Source of the DNA: Octopus sinensis
Lineage: Eukaryota
Length of the DNA: 64,000 nucleotides
Direction of reading: 5' to 3'
Assembly (NCBI RefSeq): GCF_006345805.1
Contig: NC_043007.1
Location: forward strand, 37,014,001 to 37,078,000
Part shown: piece by piece, positions 51,229 through 64,000 of the stretch
Layout of the letters: every line of letters begins with the position of its first letter
Numbering within the stretch: position 1 is the first letter of the stretch
Translations under genes and position numbers: made by a program
The notes under the pieces: generated by a model
Database searches by the model: none
Seen by the model: only the letters and a program-made list of their open reading frames with translations
What the model was told of the DNA's origin: nothing

Positions 51229-51797
51229 TTGGGTTGTCCGGAAAGTTCGTGCCGATTTTTAAAGGAAAGAAAAAGGTCAATAAATACTTGCCATTAAATT
51301 TTTAATCAACCAAATATGAACCATTTTACTGCACAATGCGTCTCCATCTTTCCTTTAACTTGAAAATACCCTCTTCCCAGAATTGAGGTGGTTTCATGGC
51401 AAAGAATTCATCAAGGTATCTTTTTACGTCATCCAAGGAATTGAAATTATTACCATTAAGACTATTCTGCAGAAACCTGAATAAGTGGAAATCCGAAGGA
51501 GCAATATCTGGTGAATATGGAGGGTGGGGTAATACATCCCAGCCGAGCTGCAGCAATTTTTGTCTGGTTCCCAAAGCATCAAGTGCCGAAAATGAACTTT
51601 CTTATCTTCCATTTTAAGGGGTTACAGAATTAACACAGGTTATAGGAACATAAACCTTCTTCCACGAAAAGATAGCTTAAACTGTGCTGCTCTAAATGGA
51701 GGTGTAGTCAAATTCTATTTTACGGACTCAACCATGTTCTAAAATAAGTCGAAAGGTAAGCTACTATAAATCGGCACGAACTTTCCGGACAACCCAA
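51229..51797 (-). mobile_element. Internally deleted mariner (mellifera-subfamily-like)
   Basis: Perfect TIRs TTGGGTTGTCCGGAAAGTTCGTGCCGATTT, TA TSD. The start MEDKKVHFRHLML is fused to the C-terminus LPHPPYSPDIAPSDFHLFR..RWRRIVQ. Confidence 0.92.
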
Positions 51798-52082
51798 TAT
51801 TTTTAAACATGCTGTTATCTTTGAAGAACCTTGATCGTTTTTCGAAGCAGCGTATACGTACGGCTTTGACCAGCATTTTTTTTTTTATTTTATCTTCTCC
51901 ACTACTTCAGCAAATTTCTGTTCCGACTTTAATTCATGCTTTCTCGTTATCTTTCTCTTTGATGTTTTTATATTATGATTGTTGCCATAAGTTTTTCAAT
52001 GTTTCTAAATCAGATCAGAGAGAATCGAATTACGTCTTGACTTTTCCTTGTCACGTTGGTCTTTTATGAGTATTTGCTATTC

Positions 52083-52151
<69 letters not shown>

Positions 52152-52336
52152 TATTATTATGTCTCGGTTTTGCTTTAGTTTATACGAGTTGCATCCAAGT
52201 CTCAACCAGAGACGTCAAGGTACAGCAAGATTTCGCATCTTAAGAGGCTTACAGGTAAGGTACTGTGCAATTGAAAACATTTTTTTTTGCCATGCAATTG
52301 AAAACACTGATGTGTGTGATGCTTGTGGGACAAAAA

Positions 52337-52377
<41 letters not shown>

Positions 52378-52492
52378 GATTATAATAATAATGCTTAGCG
52401 GCATTTCGTCCGTCCTTACATTCGAAGATCAAATTCCACCGCAGTCAACTTTGCCTTTCATCCGTTCGGGATCGATAAATTTAGTAGAAAGG

Positions 52493-52526
<34 letters not shown>

Positions 52527-52558
52527 TATTATTATTATTATTATTAGTATTAGTATTA

Positions 52559-52607
<49 letters not shown>

Positions 52608-52611
52608 TTTC

Positions 52612-53170
52612 TCTTTATCACAGGTTTTTTGGGGGCTCCTGGAGTCTTGCATATGGTACCATGCTATCCTTTTCAGCTAATACTTTCCTGATTATTCTGG
52701 CCGCATCAAGGAAGCAAACCGTTCGCAACAGTTCTACTGGGCACTCTGTTCCAATTTCCTTTATATTCCTCTTGATGCCTTCTGATATCGTCCCCAAGAA
52801 CCCAACAATAATTGGCACTATCTTCACCTTCTTCATTTTCCATAGCCGGGCTATTTCGTACTTAAGAGGGTTGTAGCTATCTATCTTTTCATCTTCCTTC
52901 TTAACCATTTGTGGGTCAAAGGAGCATGCAACATCAAATATATAGCATATGTGGTGCACCTTGTCCACCACCACTAAATCCGGTCTGTTATGTTCTAGCA
53001 CCTGATCTGTTTGGATGGGAAATACCGGAGGATTTTGCTAGTCTCCGACTCTGCTACTCTCTGCAGTCTGTGTTCATACCACCTCTTGCCTCCCTCTAGT
53101 CCCCACTTTTCGCACAGTTTCCAATGTAGCACCGTCGCTACCTGGTCGTGTCACTACAACTTGTAGTGGT
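52612..53170 (-). mobile_element. R4/Dong-like LINE 3' end (RLE domain) abutting (TAA)n
   Basis: EHNRPDLVVVDK..IFDVAC..EKIDSYNPLKYEIARLW..VPIIVGFLG. Confidence 0.85.
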
Positions 53171-54429
53171 GTGAACACAAGTCACGTTTTGCTTGTAAGT
53201 TTTAAAATGAATTGTTCTTTCCATGTCTGATTAGGGATTTGTTATGGTATATTTTTGTTGTGCATTTGTTGCAGAATAACCGTGAGCAGAAATTAGTCGT
53301 TAATTCTTTCGGCTTATAACAGGATGAATTCATTAAAGAAACTAATTGTTTGTAACTATTTTGAAAATATAATAAAATAAGACTTAAAATGGCATTACGT
53401 GACGAAGAAAGGCTGGCGAGAGAAAGAGAAGTAGAAAGGAACTCGCTTTCATCTTCATGAAAGAGAGCTTATCTCCCCTTTGGCTATTTTTTTTATTTAA
53501 AATTTTTTTTTGTAATATGAGCAAAAATAACACAACCATCATAATTACTATCATCTCTTACTGTAATATAAAACATCTATACGTCCGGCAACAGCAACAA
53601 CAACACAAGAAAACCTCCATCACAAGCAGCAACATAATACTTTTGTCATGAATAATATGGAAACCAGCACTAGCAGAATATATAAAAAAAAAACAACTGG
53701 AATTAACACCAGCAGCACCAACACCACCACCACCAATAGCAACACTTGCCACCTCCATAAAAACTGGGATCTCGTTTGCTAAATGCTGGGTGGATTACTC
53801 GCTCATTAAAAAGAGATGTTCTAGAAAAAGCAACAAGGCCTGCGTTGCTTTGGGGTTAAATATAGAAGAGAAATAGAGAAGATCAATTTTTTACAGATTT
53901 GTGAGACGGAAAACTAAGTGAGCAACAGGCAAACCTGCGTAATTAGACCGAGAGGTTCTCGACTATTGTAGGCTTTTCAGTTCTATACAGAGAATGGTGT
54001 GGCGAAATCCCGCTAAACGAAATGCAACCCCCACAGAAACAGAGTTATAGAGAAATGATATTGAAGATAGAGGTGAGGAAAGTTATCAAAACCAAATCAA
54101 CAGGTTGCAATAATGGATCTGAACTTTAAACAGGGCTCCAGGTGATACGGAATTAGACGGTTGGCTACAGCTGTTTGCACGCTGATGAGTTGGTACAGCT
54201 GGCGCTGTTGTTGTTGTTGTTGTTGTTAAGCAACAATACGGGTAAGGGTGATTAGGTGATGATCTAGGGCTTAGGGGCGGGAGACCCCAGACCTTGGAAA
54301 AAAAAAACTTTTGTCATCATGTTGTAGTCGAGGGCTCTTCGTTGACGCCCGACACCACTGGGAGGTGGCCCTCGAAGTCGCTGGAAATGGAGATCTCTTG
54401 AACGGCTACAGATGGCGCAGGAGGCAAAT

Positions 54430-54530
<101 letters not shown>

Positions 54531-54633
54531 CTCATACACGCGCGTTCATAGAAATATATGCACACATACAGATAAACGGGTGCGAGAAAGAGAGGGAGAG
54601 AGGGATCACAATTTATACATCGACATCAAATTT

Positions 54634-55020
54634 TGGCACAAGGCCAGCAATTTCGGGGAAGTGGATTAGTCGGTTATCTCGACCCTAGTACTTAACTGGT
54701 ATGTATTCTATCGACCCTGAAAACGATGAAAGGCATAGTCGACCCCGGCGGCATTTAAACTCAGAACGTAAAAGTCGGAAGAAATACCTATTTCTTTACT
54801 ACCCACAAGGGGCTAAACTCAGAGAGGACAAACAAGGACAGACAAACGAATTAAGTCGATTATATCGACCCCAGTGCGTAACTGGTACTTATTTAATCGA
54901 CCCCGAAAGGATGAAGGGCAAAGTCGACCTCGGCGGAATTTGAACTCAGAACGTAACGGCAGACGAAATACCGCTAAGTATTTTGCCCAGTGTGCTAACG
55001 ACTCTACCAGCTCGCCGCCT
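54634..55020 (-). mobile_element. SINE family A dimer; second unit has an alternative tail
   Basis: Full A unit 54790-55020, then a truncated unit ending ...GAAATTGCTGGCCTTGTGCC. Confidence 0.8.
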
Positions 55021-55471
55021 TAATTACAATTTATATATTGAACACGATTGACAAAAACGTTTTCCTTCTCTTCAGACACTCAGAGAAATATACTCACAAA
55101 GAGAGACAGAGACAAGTGGAGAAAGAGGGGGAGAGAACGAAAGAAACGCAATTGTCTGATGTCGAATAAGTCAGCGTCGAATCAGTGATACCAAGCAGGC
55201 GGCGCCAAAATACTGAGCTTAGATGTCTCATATTCCAGACGCTACTGGCTCATGTGAAATTCTTGAAGATCACTGACTTTCGATGAGTGGAAAACAAATA
55301 AGAGTTGTGGTGAATGAGAGGAGACACAGGTGCTGCACATGCAGTAGCACCAACCGCGAGAACGTATATTACCATAAAAAAAGACAACGTGGAAACCCCC
55401 TTAACTGCAAATAACGCTTCAACCATCACAACATCAACTACTGAAGAAGCAGCAGAAGCTACAGCAGCAAC

Positions 55472-55800
55472 GGATCGCGGTTTCGATTCCCAGACCGGGC
55501 GTTGTGTGTGTTTATTGAGCGAAAACACCTTAAGCTCCACGAGGCTCCGGCAGTGGTTGGTGGCGACCCCTGTTGTACTCTTTCGCTCCAACTTTCTCCC
55601 TCTCTTTCTTCCTGCTTCTTGTCCCCGACTTCCTACGCAACCGCTGAGCCTGGATGCGCATTCATCCATCTGTCGATGATCTCGGTATCGGGGGTTGACC
55701 TGCTTTCTCTTCTGCGGGTCTTACGAATAGCAAAGGACCACGTTTCGGACTTCTATCTTGCGAGCACTGGGACGAAGACCGTTCGCTCAACAGCAACAGC
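55472..55800 (+). mobile_element. SINE head D + tail 3 (5'-truncated)
   Basis: Near-identical to 60466-60816. Confidence 0.8.
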
Positions 55801-55943
55801 AACAGCAGCACCACTCTCAGCCACAAAAAACTTCTGGTAATCCCATCTCCCTTCCTCGCTCTCCTTCTTTCTCTAAAGCTAACACCACCACCACAACAGC
55901 AAGACCAACATCATCATTAACACCACCACCACTACAACAACTG

Positions 55944-55977
<34 letters not shown>

Positions 55978-56360
55978 CACCACCACCACCACCACAAAAC
56001 ACTACTACTACTAAAACTAATACTAATACTACTACCACCACCATCAACACCACACATTATTATCATCATCACCATCACACCACCATCAACACCACACATT
56101 ATCATCACCATCATCATCAACACCATTATCACCTTCAACACCAACACCATCATCATCATCACTATCAACAAACACCATTATCACCAACACCATGATACCA
56201 TTGTCATCACGAACACTACCAACGACGGCGTGGCCATTATCCACGTCATTATCAGCACCACCAACGCCACTACATCAACACTATTTTCACCAACCCCACC
56301 AACACCATCCACCATCCGTCACTATCCCCATTATCACCATTAACAACAACAACAACGAAT
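55800..56360. repeat. (CAG/CAC/CAT/CTA) trinucleotide low-complexity tract
   Basis: Direct inspection. Confidence 0.85.
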
Positions 56361-56729
56361 CGGAAAAGAAACTGAGAACCGCTACATTAAATGAGAAGAG
56401 TGCTACATAATACAATAATATAGGTGAGAAGCTGGACTGTCTATATATAAAATTAATCTATTTTCCAATACTTACGGCAGAATTGATTATCATAGAGCGA
56501 CATAATTATGTAGATACATCAACATCGACATTCTAACTAACGTATCAAGGTCGCCTAGGAATATGTCTGTGTACACACGCATACACTTAAACGCCGGCAT
56601 GCTTAATTACATAGTTTTGTCTGTCTGTCTGTATATCTATTCATCCATCAATCTCTGTATGTATGTATGTATGTATGTATGTATGTATGTATACATATAT
56701 AAAAACATACATTCATTCATATATATATA

Positions 56730-56875
56730 TAGCGGTTCGGCAAAAGAGACCGATAGAATAAGTACTGGGCTTACAAAAGAATAAGTCCCGGGGTCGAGTT
56801 GCTCGATTAAAGGCGGTGCTCCAGCATGGCCGCAGTCAAATGACTGAAACAAGTAAAAGAGAAAGAGAAAGAGAA
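56730..56875 (+). mobile_element. SINE family B 3' half
   Basis: AGCGGTTCGGCAAAAGAGACC...GACTGAAACAAGTAAAAGAG. Confidence 0.8.
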
Positions 56876-56904
56876 TAGATAATCTATATATATATATATA
56901 TATA

Positions 56905-56954
<50 letters not shown>

Positions 56955-57770
56955 TATATAATTAGAGATAAAACCACTATTAGGCAAATAAAACAGTGAA
57001 AAACATAAACCAAAACATAAAAATAAAAATAATCAATATAATATATAAAATATAAAAATTTAAATCATTTAAATTTAAAATTAAAATTATTAATTTATAT
57101 TTATAATTTTTTTTTAATATTTATTTTTTAAATATTTTTTTATTTATTAAATATATATAACTATCAAAAAGTATTAAAAAGTTTAATATAAGATAAAAAG
57201 TATATATATATATACGTATATATATATATAACAACAGGTGGAAATTGGTTCATTTACTACAGCTGTTTCAAACTAGTTTTTTTTTTGATGAATAGAGTTA
57301 TCGTGCGAAAATTAATCCAACTGTACTTCAGTATATACGTTCCTCTAATTTTGTTTTGTAAACGATTGCTATTTCTTTGATGTGAACTTGGTACATTATA
57401 ATTTAGGTACCTGATTCACTTGAACCCCTGAACTCTCAATGTATATAAAGATTTTCTTATATTGAGAAATATTAATTTATATAAAATAACTTTCAAAAAC
57501 GCAAATTAACACAAACTTTATAAAAAGGACACTTTGAATAAACGCTTTTCTCTAGTTTCAGATCTTCAAACACACGTGTTATAAGGTAACCCATAAAGAA
57601 GTAGTTTGTTTTTAGTGAAAGCGCTTACACGCAAACCTCTTAGCATAAGGTCAGTGTTAATCAGGTGTGTTTTCCTAAGAACGTTTTTTTAAATATAATT
57701 GATAGTTTTTATTAAAGAAAATATTTTTTCAAATGTGACTGAATCAAAAAGTTTCCCCAAATCTTTAAGG

Positions 57771-57819
<49 letters not shown>

Positions 57820-57829
57820 AGTGTGTGTA

Positions 57830-58205
57830 TAGGCGCAAGTGCACCTGTGTAGTATGAAGTTTGCTTCCCAACCACGTTTCTGGGTTCAATCGCACTGCAT
57901 TGTACTTTGAGCAAGTATCCCTGTAACGTAGCGATTCGGCAAAAGCGACTAACATACTGGTATTGATTTGTTCGACTAAACTCTTCAAAATAGTGTCTCA
58001 GTATAGACGCAGTTTTATGAATGAAAGAAGTAAAAGATAAAAGATTTTATATGTGGCTGTGTGGTAAGTAGCTTGGTTCCCAACCACATAATCCCGGGTT
58101 CAGTCCCACTGCGTGGAACCTTGGGCAAGTGTCTTCTACTATAGCCTTCGGCCGACCAAAGCCTTGTGAGTTGATTTGGTAGACGGAAACTGAAAGAAGC
58201 CCGTC

Positions 58206-58268
<63 letters not shown>

Positions 58269-58298
58269 GTATATATTGGCAGGGCTTACTGATTTAAA

Positions 58299-58338
<40 letters not shown>

Positions 58339-58540
58339 TGCTTGTGTGTCTGTGTCTGTCCCCCCACCACCATCACTTGACAAGCGATTTTGGTGTGTTA
58401 ACCCGTAACTTAGCGGTTCGGCAAAAGAGACCATAGAATAAGTACTAGGCTTACAAGAAAATGGCCAGAGGTCGATTTGTTCGACTAAAGGCAGTGCTCC
58501 AGGATGGCTGCAGTCAAGTGACTGAAACAAATAAAAGATA
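57830..58540 (+). mobile_element. Two adjacent SINE family B copies (first one deleted and degenerate)
   Basis: Heads at ~57830 and ~58052. Confidence 0.75.
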
Positions 58541-58552
58541 GATAGATAGATT

Positions 58553-58622
<70 letters not shown>

Positions 58623-59025
58623 CATAATGATTGCTTTATCTTGTCAAATGATAAGCATCTCAAACTTATATATCTACACATCACTCAATTTAAATGACAG
58701 AAGCTTGTACATGATTTTTGCCAGTCTCTCAGTCACCATAGTAGGTTCCATTGACAAGCTGCAAGATGACTGGCGCTATTTTGACTGCAAATTTTATATC
58801 AAAGTATCTTTCTCCTAGAAGAGTTGCCTTCCTCAGAAAATTACAGGAGCCTCCTCAACCCCTGACAGCTACTACTGTTCAAGATTAGAGCGGACCAGCG
58901 AGTAACAGTAATTAAGGGGTTACTCCATGCTCCCCACAATTCCAGAATTCCCGAACAGGAACCTCACCACTAGTTGCAGTTTAATGTCACACCTAGGACA
59001 ATATATATTCATACATATATATAGA

Positions 59026-59393
59026 CGAGCAAAACGCCCCCGTCCAATGGACAGTGCTGAGTTGTCAAACATTTAAACCGAATTTTCTCAAAACAACTTG
59101 TCCGACCGTCCCATAGGCCTTCCCTTTGAGAAACACTGATTTAACCTAAATTTGAGAGACCAGCAAAAGACGGATTTCGACTGATGTACTTGCGCGTACA
59201 AATACACGTTTCCACGGCTTTATCGATCGCATTCTCACCTGGAATCGATTTTTGTAATTTTTTCAAGACTTACACACGCCCTGATACCGTCGGTATCTAC
59301 GTATCAAATTGGAGTGCAATCCGATGGAGGATGCCCGAGATCCTGGAAGACACACACACACAGACAGAACAGATTTTATATAATATATATACA
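59026..59393 (-). mobile_element. Non-autonomous Helitron-like element (third family), degenerate ends
   Basis: On minus: (TA)n-AAAATCTG start, and 3' hairpin CTGTCC-ATT-GGACGG followed by CTCG|T. Confidence 0.5.
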
Positions 59394-59430
59394 TTTGTGA
59401 ATGTGTGTTTGTTTTTGTGTGTGTGTGTGA

Positions 59431-59483
<53 letters not shown>

Positions 59484-59484
59484 T

Positions 59485-59522
<38 letters not shown>

Positions 59523-59589
59523 GAGTAAGTGCTGGACTCTTATGTCGCATCGATGAATGAGCAATACACGGCTGTACAGTAGTCTTAGT

Positions 59590-60450
59590 ACATTGTTTTA
59601 TCGTATTGTTTCATGTAAGTATTCAGGTCTATCGGTGATTTGCTGACCCGTTTGCAGACGTTGCAGTAGGAGTCTCCGGATCGTTTTGGGTTAGATTGCG
59701 CCTGGTTTTATACCGGACTCTTTTTTCCTTTTAGGGTGTTGAACTTGACTGCCTCAAAGTCGGAGATAGCTTGGTAGCAAGAGCTTATCTATTGTGCTCT
59801 ATTCAGTACTTCCGATTCTCGTGTCTTCAGGTTTATCTTGCAAGTATTCAGGCAAGTCTTCAGAGTATCTGCAGTGGATAGCCTCGCTCCCTGACACCAG
59901 AGTTAAACTAACCTTAGAAGAGGGCTTTAGGTGAGCAAGTATCTTCCAGGTTTACCACAAAGCCTATTTACCTCAAGTGCACTTTGACAAGAAGGCTCTC
60001 TATGCCAATAATGTTACATCTTGGAAAAACCTCTATGCAGGCAACTTTGTCTTGTCCCTTGATGTTACAAATTGAACGAAAGCAGCAGAAATGGAATGAG
60101 TCTAGCTATTTAATGTAGTGCCTCTACAGTGTTCAAGTTTCATAACCTTATGCGAGAGACTTAAGCACTGCTTCTTGGCACACTTTGATTTTTGTGGCTA
60201 GGTAGACGCCATTTTCTTTCTACTGTCTGTGCTGGAGTCTACTGAAAGCTGAGCTTGTCTTAAACAATTGTTGGGTGATCTCGTCGTCTAGTCGGGCAAT
60301 GTTCGACAGGATACTTACCAGATAGCAGAATTTTGCTATAGCATTTCGAGCACTATGGTCTATCATGAGAACAGAACCCTGTTTAGGGTGTCAGTTGCTG
60401 GCTGGTGCAGGACCTCAGTCTTCCTCAAAATGATTGTTAGGCCGAGAGAT
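59590..60450 (-). mobile_element. RTE/BovB-like LINE 3' fragment
   Basis: Remnants GLTIILRKTEVLHQP, LDDEITQ..SSAFSRL, TKIKV, and a terminal CNVCKR..IDLNTYMK finger. Confidence 0.7.
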
Positions 60451-60465
60451 TAAACAGCATTAGCA

Positions 60466-60816
60466 GTGGAGGCGCAATGGCCCAGTGGTTAGGGCAGCGG
60501 ACTCGCGGTTTCGATTCCCAGACCGGGCGTTGTGTGTGTTTATTGAGCGAAAACACCTAAAGCTCCACGAGGCTCCGGCAGTGGTTGGTGGCGACCCCTG
60601 TTGTACTCTTTCGCTCCAACTTCCTCTCACTCTTTCATCCTGTTTCTTGTCCCCGACTTCCTACGCAACCACCGAGCCTGGATGCGCATTCATCCATCCG
60701 GCGATGCTCTCGGTGTCGGGAGTTGACCTGCTTTCTCTTCTGCGGGTCTTACGAATAGCAAAGGACCACGTTTCGGACTTCTCTCACTGGGACGAAGACC
60801 GCTTCACTCAACAAAC
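60466..60816 (+). mobile_element. SINE head D + tail 3
   Basis: 14-bp TSD AAACAGCATTAGCA (60452-60465, 60817-60830). Confidence 0.88.
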
Positions 60817-61410
60817 AAACAGCATTAGCAAAAAAGTCAACCAATATTTTGATTTACTAATAGAGAAAGTGCTATCAGAGTATACTCTACTGTAAGTAGA
60901 AACTCTCAGAAGTTGTTTTCAGATTTTAGTTCTAGCCTTGAGGTGTTATCAACTGAAAATGTTACCACCTGTCCTTAGCTAGATATACACATCTTCGTGT
61001 GCATGTATGTCTGTTTATGCGTGCGTGCGTGTGTGTGTATACATACATACATACATAGATACATACATACATATTGGTACAGCAGCAGTTTTTCGACAAG
61101 CGTGGTTCCAGACATTATCCGTTTGTACTGGATTATCCGTTGTACTGGATTATCCGCTGATTATCCGTTGTACTGGATTAAATCAAGTCACGTAATACTA
61201 ATTCTATCTTTTCCGCTACAAAACCTTCACGAAACACCTTTGGTTATTCATTTGAAGCATTTCATAAAGTTGGAGACGTTCTTTCAACCCTTCAGCTATG
61301 ATGGTAGGAAACGGCAAATATATAAATCAGAATGGAACGGCACGCGCTGACCTCCCAGCCACTGTACTACCCCATCGTTCCCTCTCTTAAAATGTAACTG
61401 TGAATGGGGT

Positions 61411-61785
61411 AGGTGTAGCAGTAGAGTAAGGAGCTTGCTTCCTAACCACATGATTCAGGGTCAGGTTCTACTGCATAGCACCTTGGGCAAGTGTTTTCTA
61501 CTATAGCCTCGGGCCAACCAAGCCTTGCGAGTGGATTTTGGTAGACGGAAACTGAAAAAAGCCCGCCAAATACATGTGTTTGTGTTTGTGTGTTTGTCCC
61601 CCATTTCCGCTCGACAGCCGGTGTTGGTGTGTTTACGTCCCCGTAACTTAGCAGTTCGGAAAACGAGCCGCATAAAATAAGTACAAGGCTTTAAAAAAAA
61701 TTATGGGACCGATTCATTCGACTAGAAATTCTTCAACGCGATGCCTCAGCATAGCCGCAGTTAAATAGCTGAAACAAATTAAAGA
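61411..61785 (+). mobile_element. SINE family B, older copy
   Basis: Diverged head, body and tail. Confidence 0.7.
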
Positions 61786-62140
61786 ATGGTATATATTTTC
61801 CCGTTCCTCTTTCATCTTGAGGCACTATATTAACAGCGTTAAGTTATCTATTAACTTGCTCTTCATGGACAGAAATGATCCTTAAGGGGTTAGCAAGTGT
61901 TATTAGATTTAGTTTTAAACATTTTCATCCTTATATTATCATAGTTAGGAAAGGGAGAACGTTTCTATCATGGTTTATTGAGGAATTTTCAACTATCAAC
62001 TTAATAGTAAATTAAATTCCCTACATAATAAATTTGACTGGCATGCAAGACTGTCCCAGTTTCAAAAAATTCATATATATATATATATATATATAATATA
62101 TATATATTATATATATATATAATATATATATATAGAGGAA

Positions 62141-62517
62141 AAGCACTCCGTCGGTTACGACGACGAGGGTTCCGGTTGATCCGATCAACGGAACACTTGC
62201 TCATGAAATTAACGTGCAAGTGGCTGAGCACTCCACAGACACGTGTACCCTTAACGTAGTTCTCGGGATATTCAGCGTGACACAGAGAGTGAACAAGGCC
62301 GGCCCTTTGAAATACAGGTACAACAGAAACAGGAAGTAAGAGTGAGAGAAAGTTGTGGTGAAAGAGTACAGCAGGGATCACCACCATCCCTGCCGAGCCT
62401 CGTGGATCTTAGGTGTTTTCGCTCAATAAACACTCACAACGCCCGGTCTGGGGATCGAAACCGCGATCCTACGACCGCGAGCGCCCGCTGCTAACCACTG
62501 GGCCATTGCTCCTCCAC
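62141..62517 (-). mobile_element. SINE head D + tail 2
   Basis: D head and body with the tail seen at 39200-39405. Confidence 0.82.
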
Positions 62518-62520
62518 AAT

Positions 62521-62564
<44 letters not shown>

Positions 62565-62923
62565 AATCACCAAGACTTCATCAACAAGAACTTCTCCTAC
62601 ACATTTGTTATTCAGAGTTTTTTTGTTTTCTTTTTTTTGCGACTTCTACATCTACATACATCTATATTCTCTCGCCGTCTGACTCTGCACTTACAGTAAG
62701 GACCAAACGCAGTGCTCATTGCAGCCCAGATAATACTATATAGAAACATATCTTCAGAATCCCTCCACAAGATTAGATATAATTTAGCATACTGTTAAAT
62801 AAACAGGAGGCAGCATAAAAAAGTCACAAACTAAGATAAATTCCAAAATGATAACGTATGATCAAAATTAATATTCCGACATTAACGTCTATACCAATCA
62901 TATTCGTCCTGCTTACCCTAGCG

Positions 62924-63193
62924 CAGTGATTCTCGACAGGGGTCTACACGACTCTTAAGGGTCCATATAAGATTTGGTTGCTAAAGTTTATGTGCAATAA
63001 ATTGTTATACTTCTATAATACACAAAATATCTTAACATTTTTTAAACATTTCTTTTTAATATTTAATTTTTAAAAATATATATAATAGGATTTTTTTTTT
63101 TTTTTTTTTTGGCATCAAATGGCTATAAGGGCCCATCTGAGTAAAATAGGAATCAAAGGGAGTCCATAAGCATAAAATGGTTGAGAACCACTG
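62924..63193. mobile_element. hAT/Charlie-type MITE, same family as 49286-49557 in opposite orientation
   Basis: CAGTGATTCTCGA / TTGAGAACCACTG termini; shared interior TGGCTATAAGGGCCCA. Confidence 0.75.
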
Positions 63194-63214
63194 CCCTGAA
63201 AAGACACCAGCACA

Positions 63215-63380
63215 TAGGCGTAGGAGTGGCTGCGTGGTAAGTAGCTTGCTTACGAACCACATGGTTCCGGGTTCAGTCCTACTGAGTGGCACCTTTGGCA
63301 AGTATCTTCTACTATAGCCTCGTGCCGACCAAAGCCTTGTGAATAGATTTGGTAGGCGGAAACTGAAAGAAGCCCGTCGT

Positions 63381-63412
<32 letters not shown>

Positions 63413-63646
63413 TATATGCGTGTGTGTGTGTACATGTTTGTGTGTCTGTATTTGTCCCCCAACATCGCTTGACAACCAGTGCTGGTGTGTTTACGTCCCC
63501 GTAACTTAACGGTTCGGCAAAAGAGACCGACAGAATAAGTACTAGGCTTACAAAGAATAAGTCCTGGGGTCGATTTGCTCGACTAAAGGCGATGCTCCAG
63601 CATGGCCACAGTCAAATGACTGAAACAAGTAAAAGAGTAAAAGAGT
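63215..63646 (+). mobile_element. SINE family B, full length
   Basis: Head, body and tail as above. Confidence 0.85.
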
Positions 63647-64000
63647 ACATGCCAATATCACTTCATCCCGAAGCTAAGGCTGTGAAGCTCTAGAAACGTT
63701 GACGCAGGATTTAGGAAATTTACTGCAAGAAACTTCATATAAAAATGTATATCATTAAAGCTTGATAAAAAGATAAAACTAAAACACATTTGTGTATTTA
63801 ATGTGTCTAAAAGAATAGCTATTCCCTTGATATACAAATATAGTTGTGTGTGTGTGTGTGTGTGTGTTTGAATGTATTTATATATGAGTGTTCTATGGTT
63901 GTTTTTTAACTGTATTGTTTTTAATGTGCAAATTTAATAATAAGATTTGGCTATGATTTAAAACATATCCTCGTTTTTCATATACAAGAAGAACAAGAAC

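Noticed and set aside
55758-56195. PolyQ/P/T/H ORF resembling a transcription-factor low-complexity region
   Set aside because: It starts inside a SINE tail and consists of trinucleotide repeats; no splice or domain support.
60466-60520. tRNA gene calls for SINE heads (also families A, B, C)
   Set aside because: A and B boxes are present, but there is no complete cloverleaf and each continues into a SINE body and tail.

Overview
Eukaryotic, very AT-rich, repeat-saturated DNA, most likely intronic or intergenic. The SINE families, (TAA)n-tailed LINE remnants and dense microsatellites look like those of octopod cephalopods (Octopus); this host call is recognition, not a database result. I found no host protein-coding gene I can name. 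Most long ORFs in the track are microsatellite translations. Repeat content: several tRNA-derived SINE families with mixed heads and tails, non-autonomous Helitrons, Tc1/mariner, hAT and Chapaev3 DNA transposons, and decayed RLE-LINE (HERO-like and R4/Dong-like), RTE and Penelope-like elements. Two things stand out. (1) A 2.24-kb element at 42188-44425 carries one intact 411-aa ORF1p/Gag-like ORF with a CCHC knuckle and no ORF2; it has an apparent 5'-UTR intron and 3' tandem repeats, and sits inside the tRNA-like head of a SINE between 9-bp direct repeats. (2) A well-formed minimal type I hammerhead ribozyme at 16679-16738 lies inside a ~496-bp non-coding unit arranged as inverted arm + monomer + partial repeat (Penelope pLTR or retrozyme-like).
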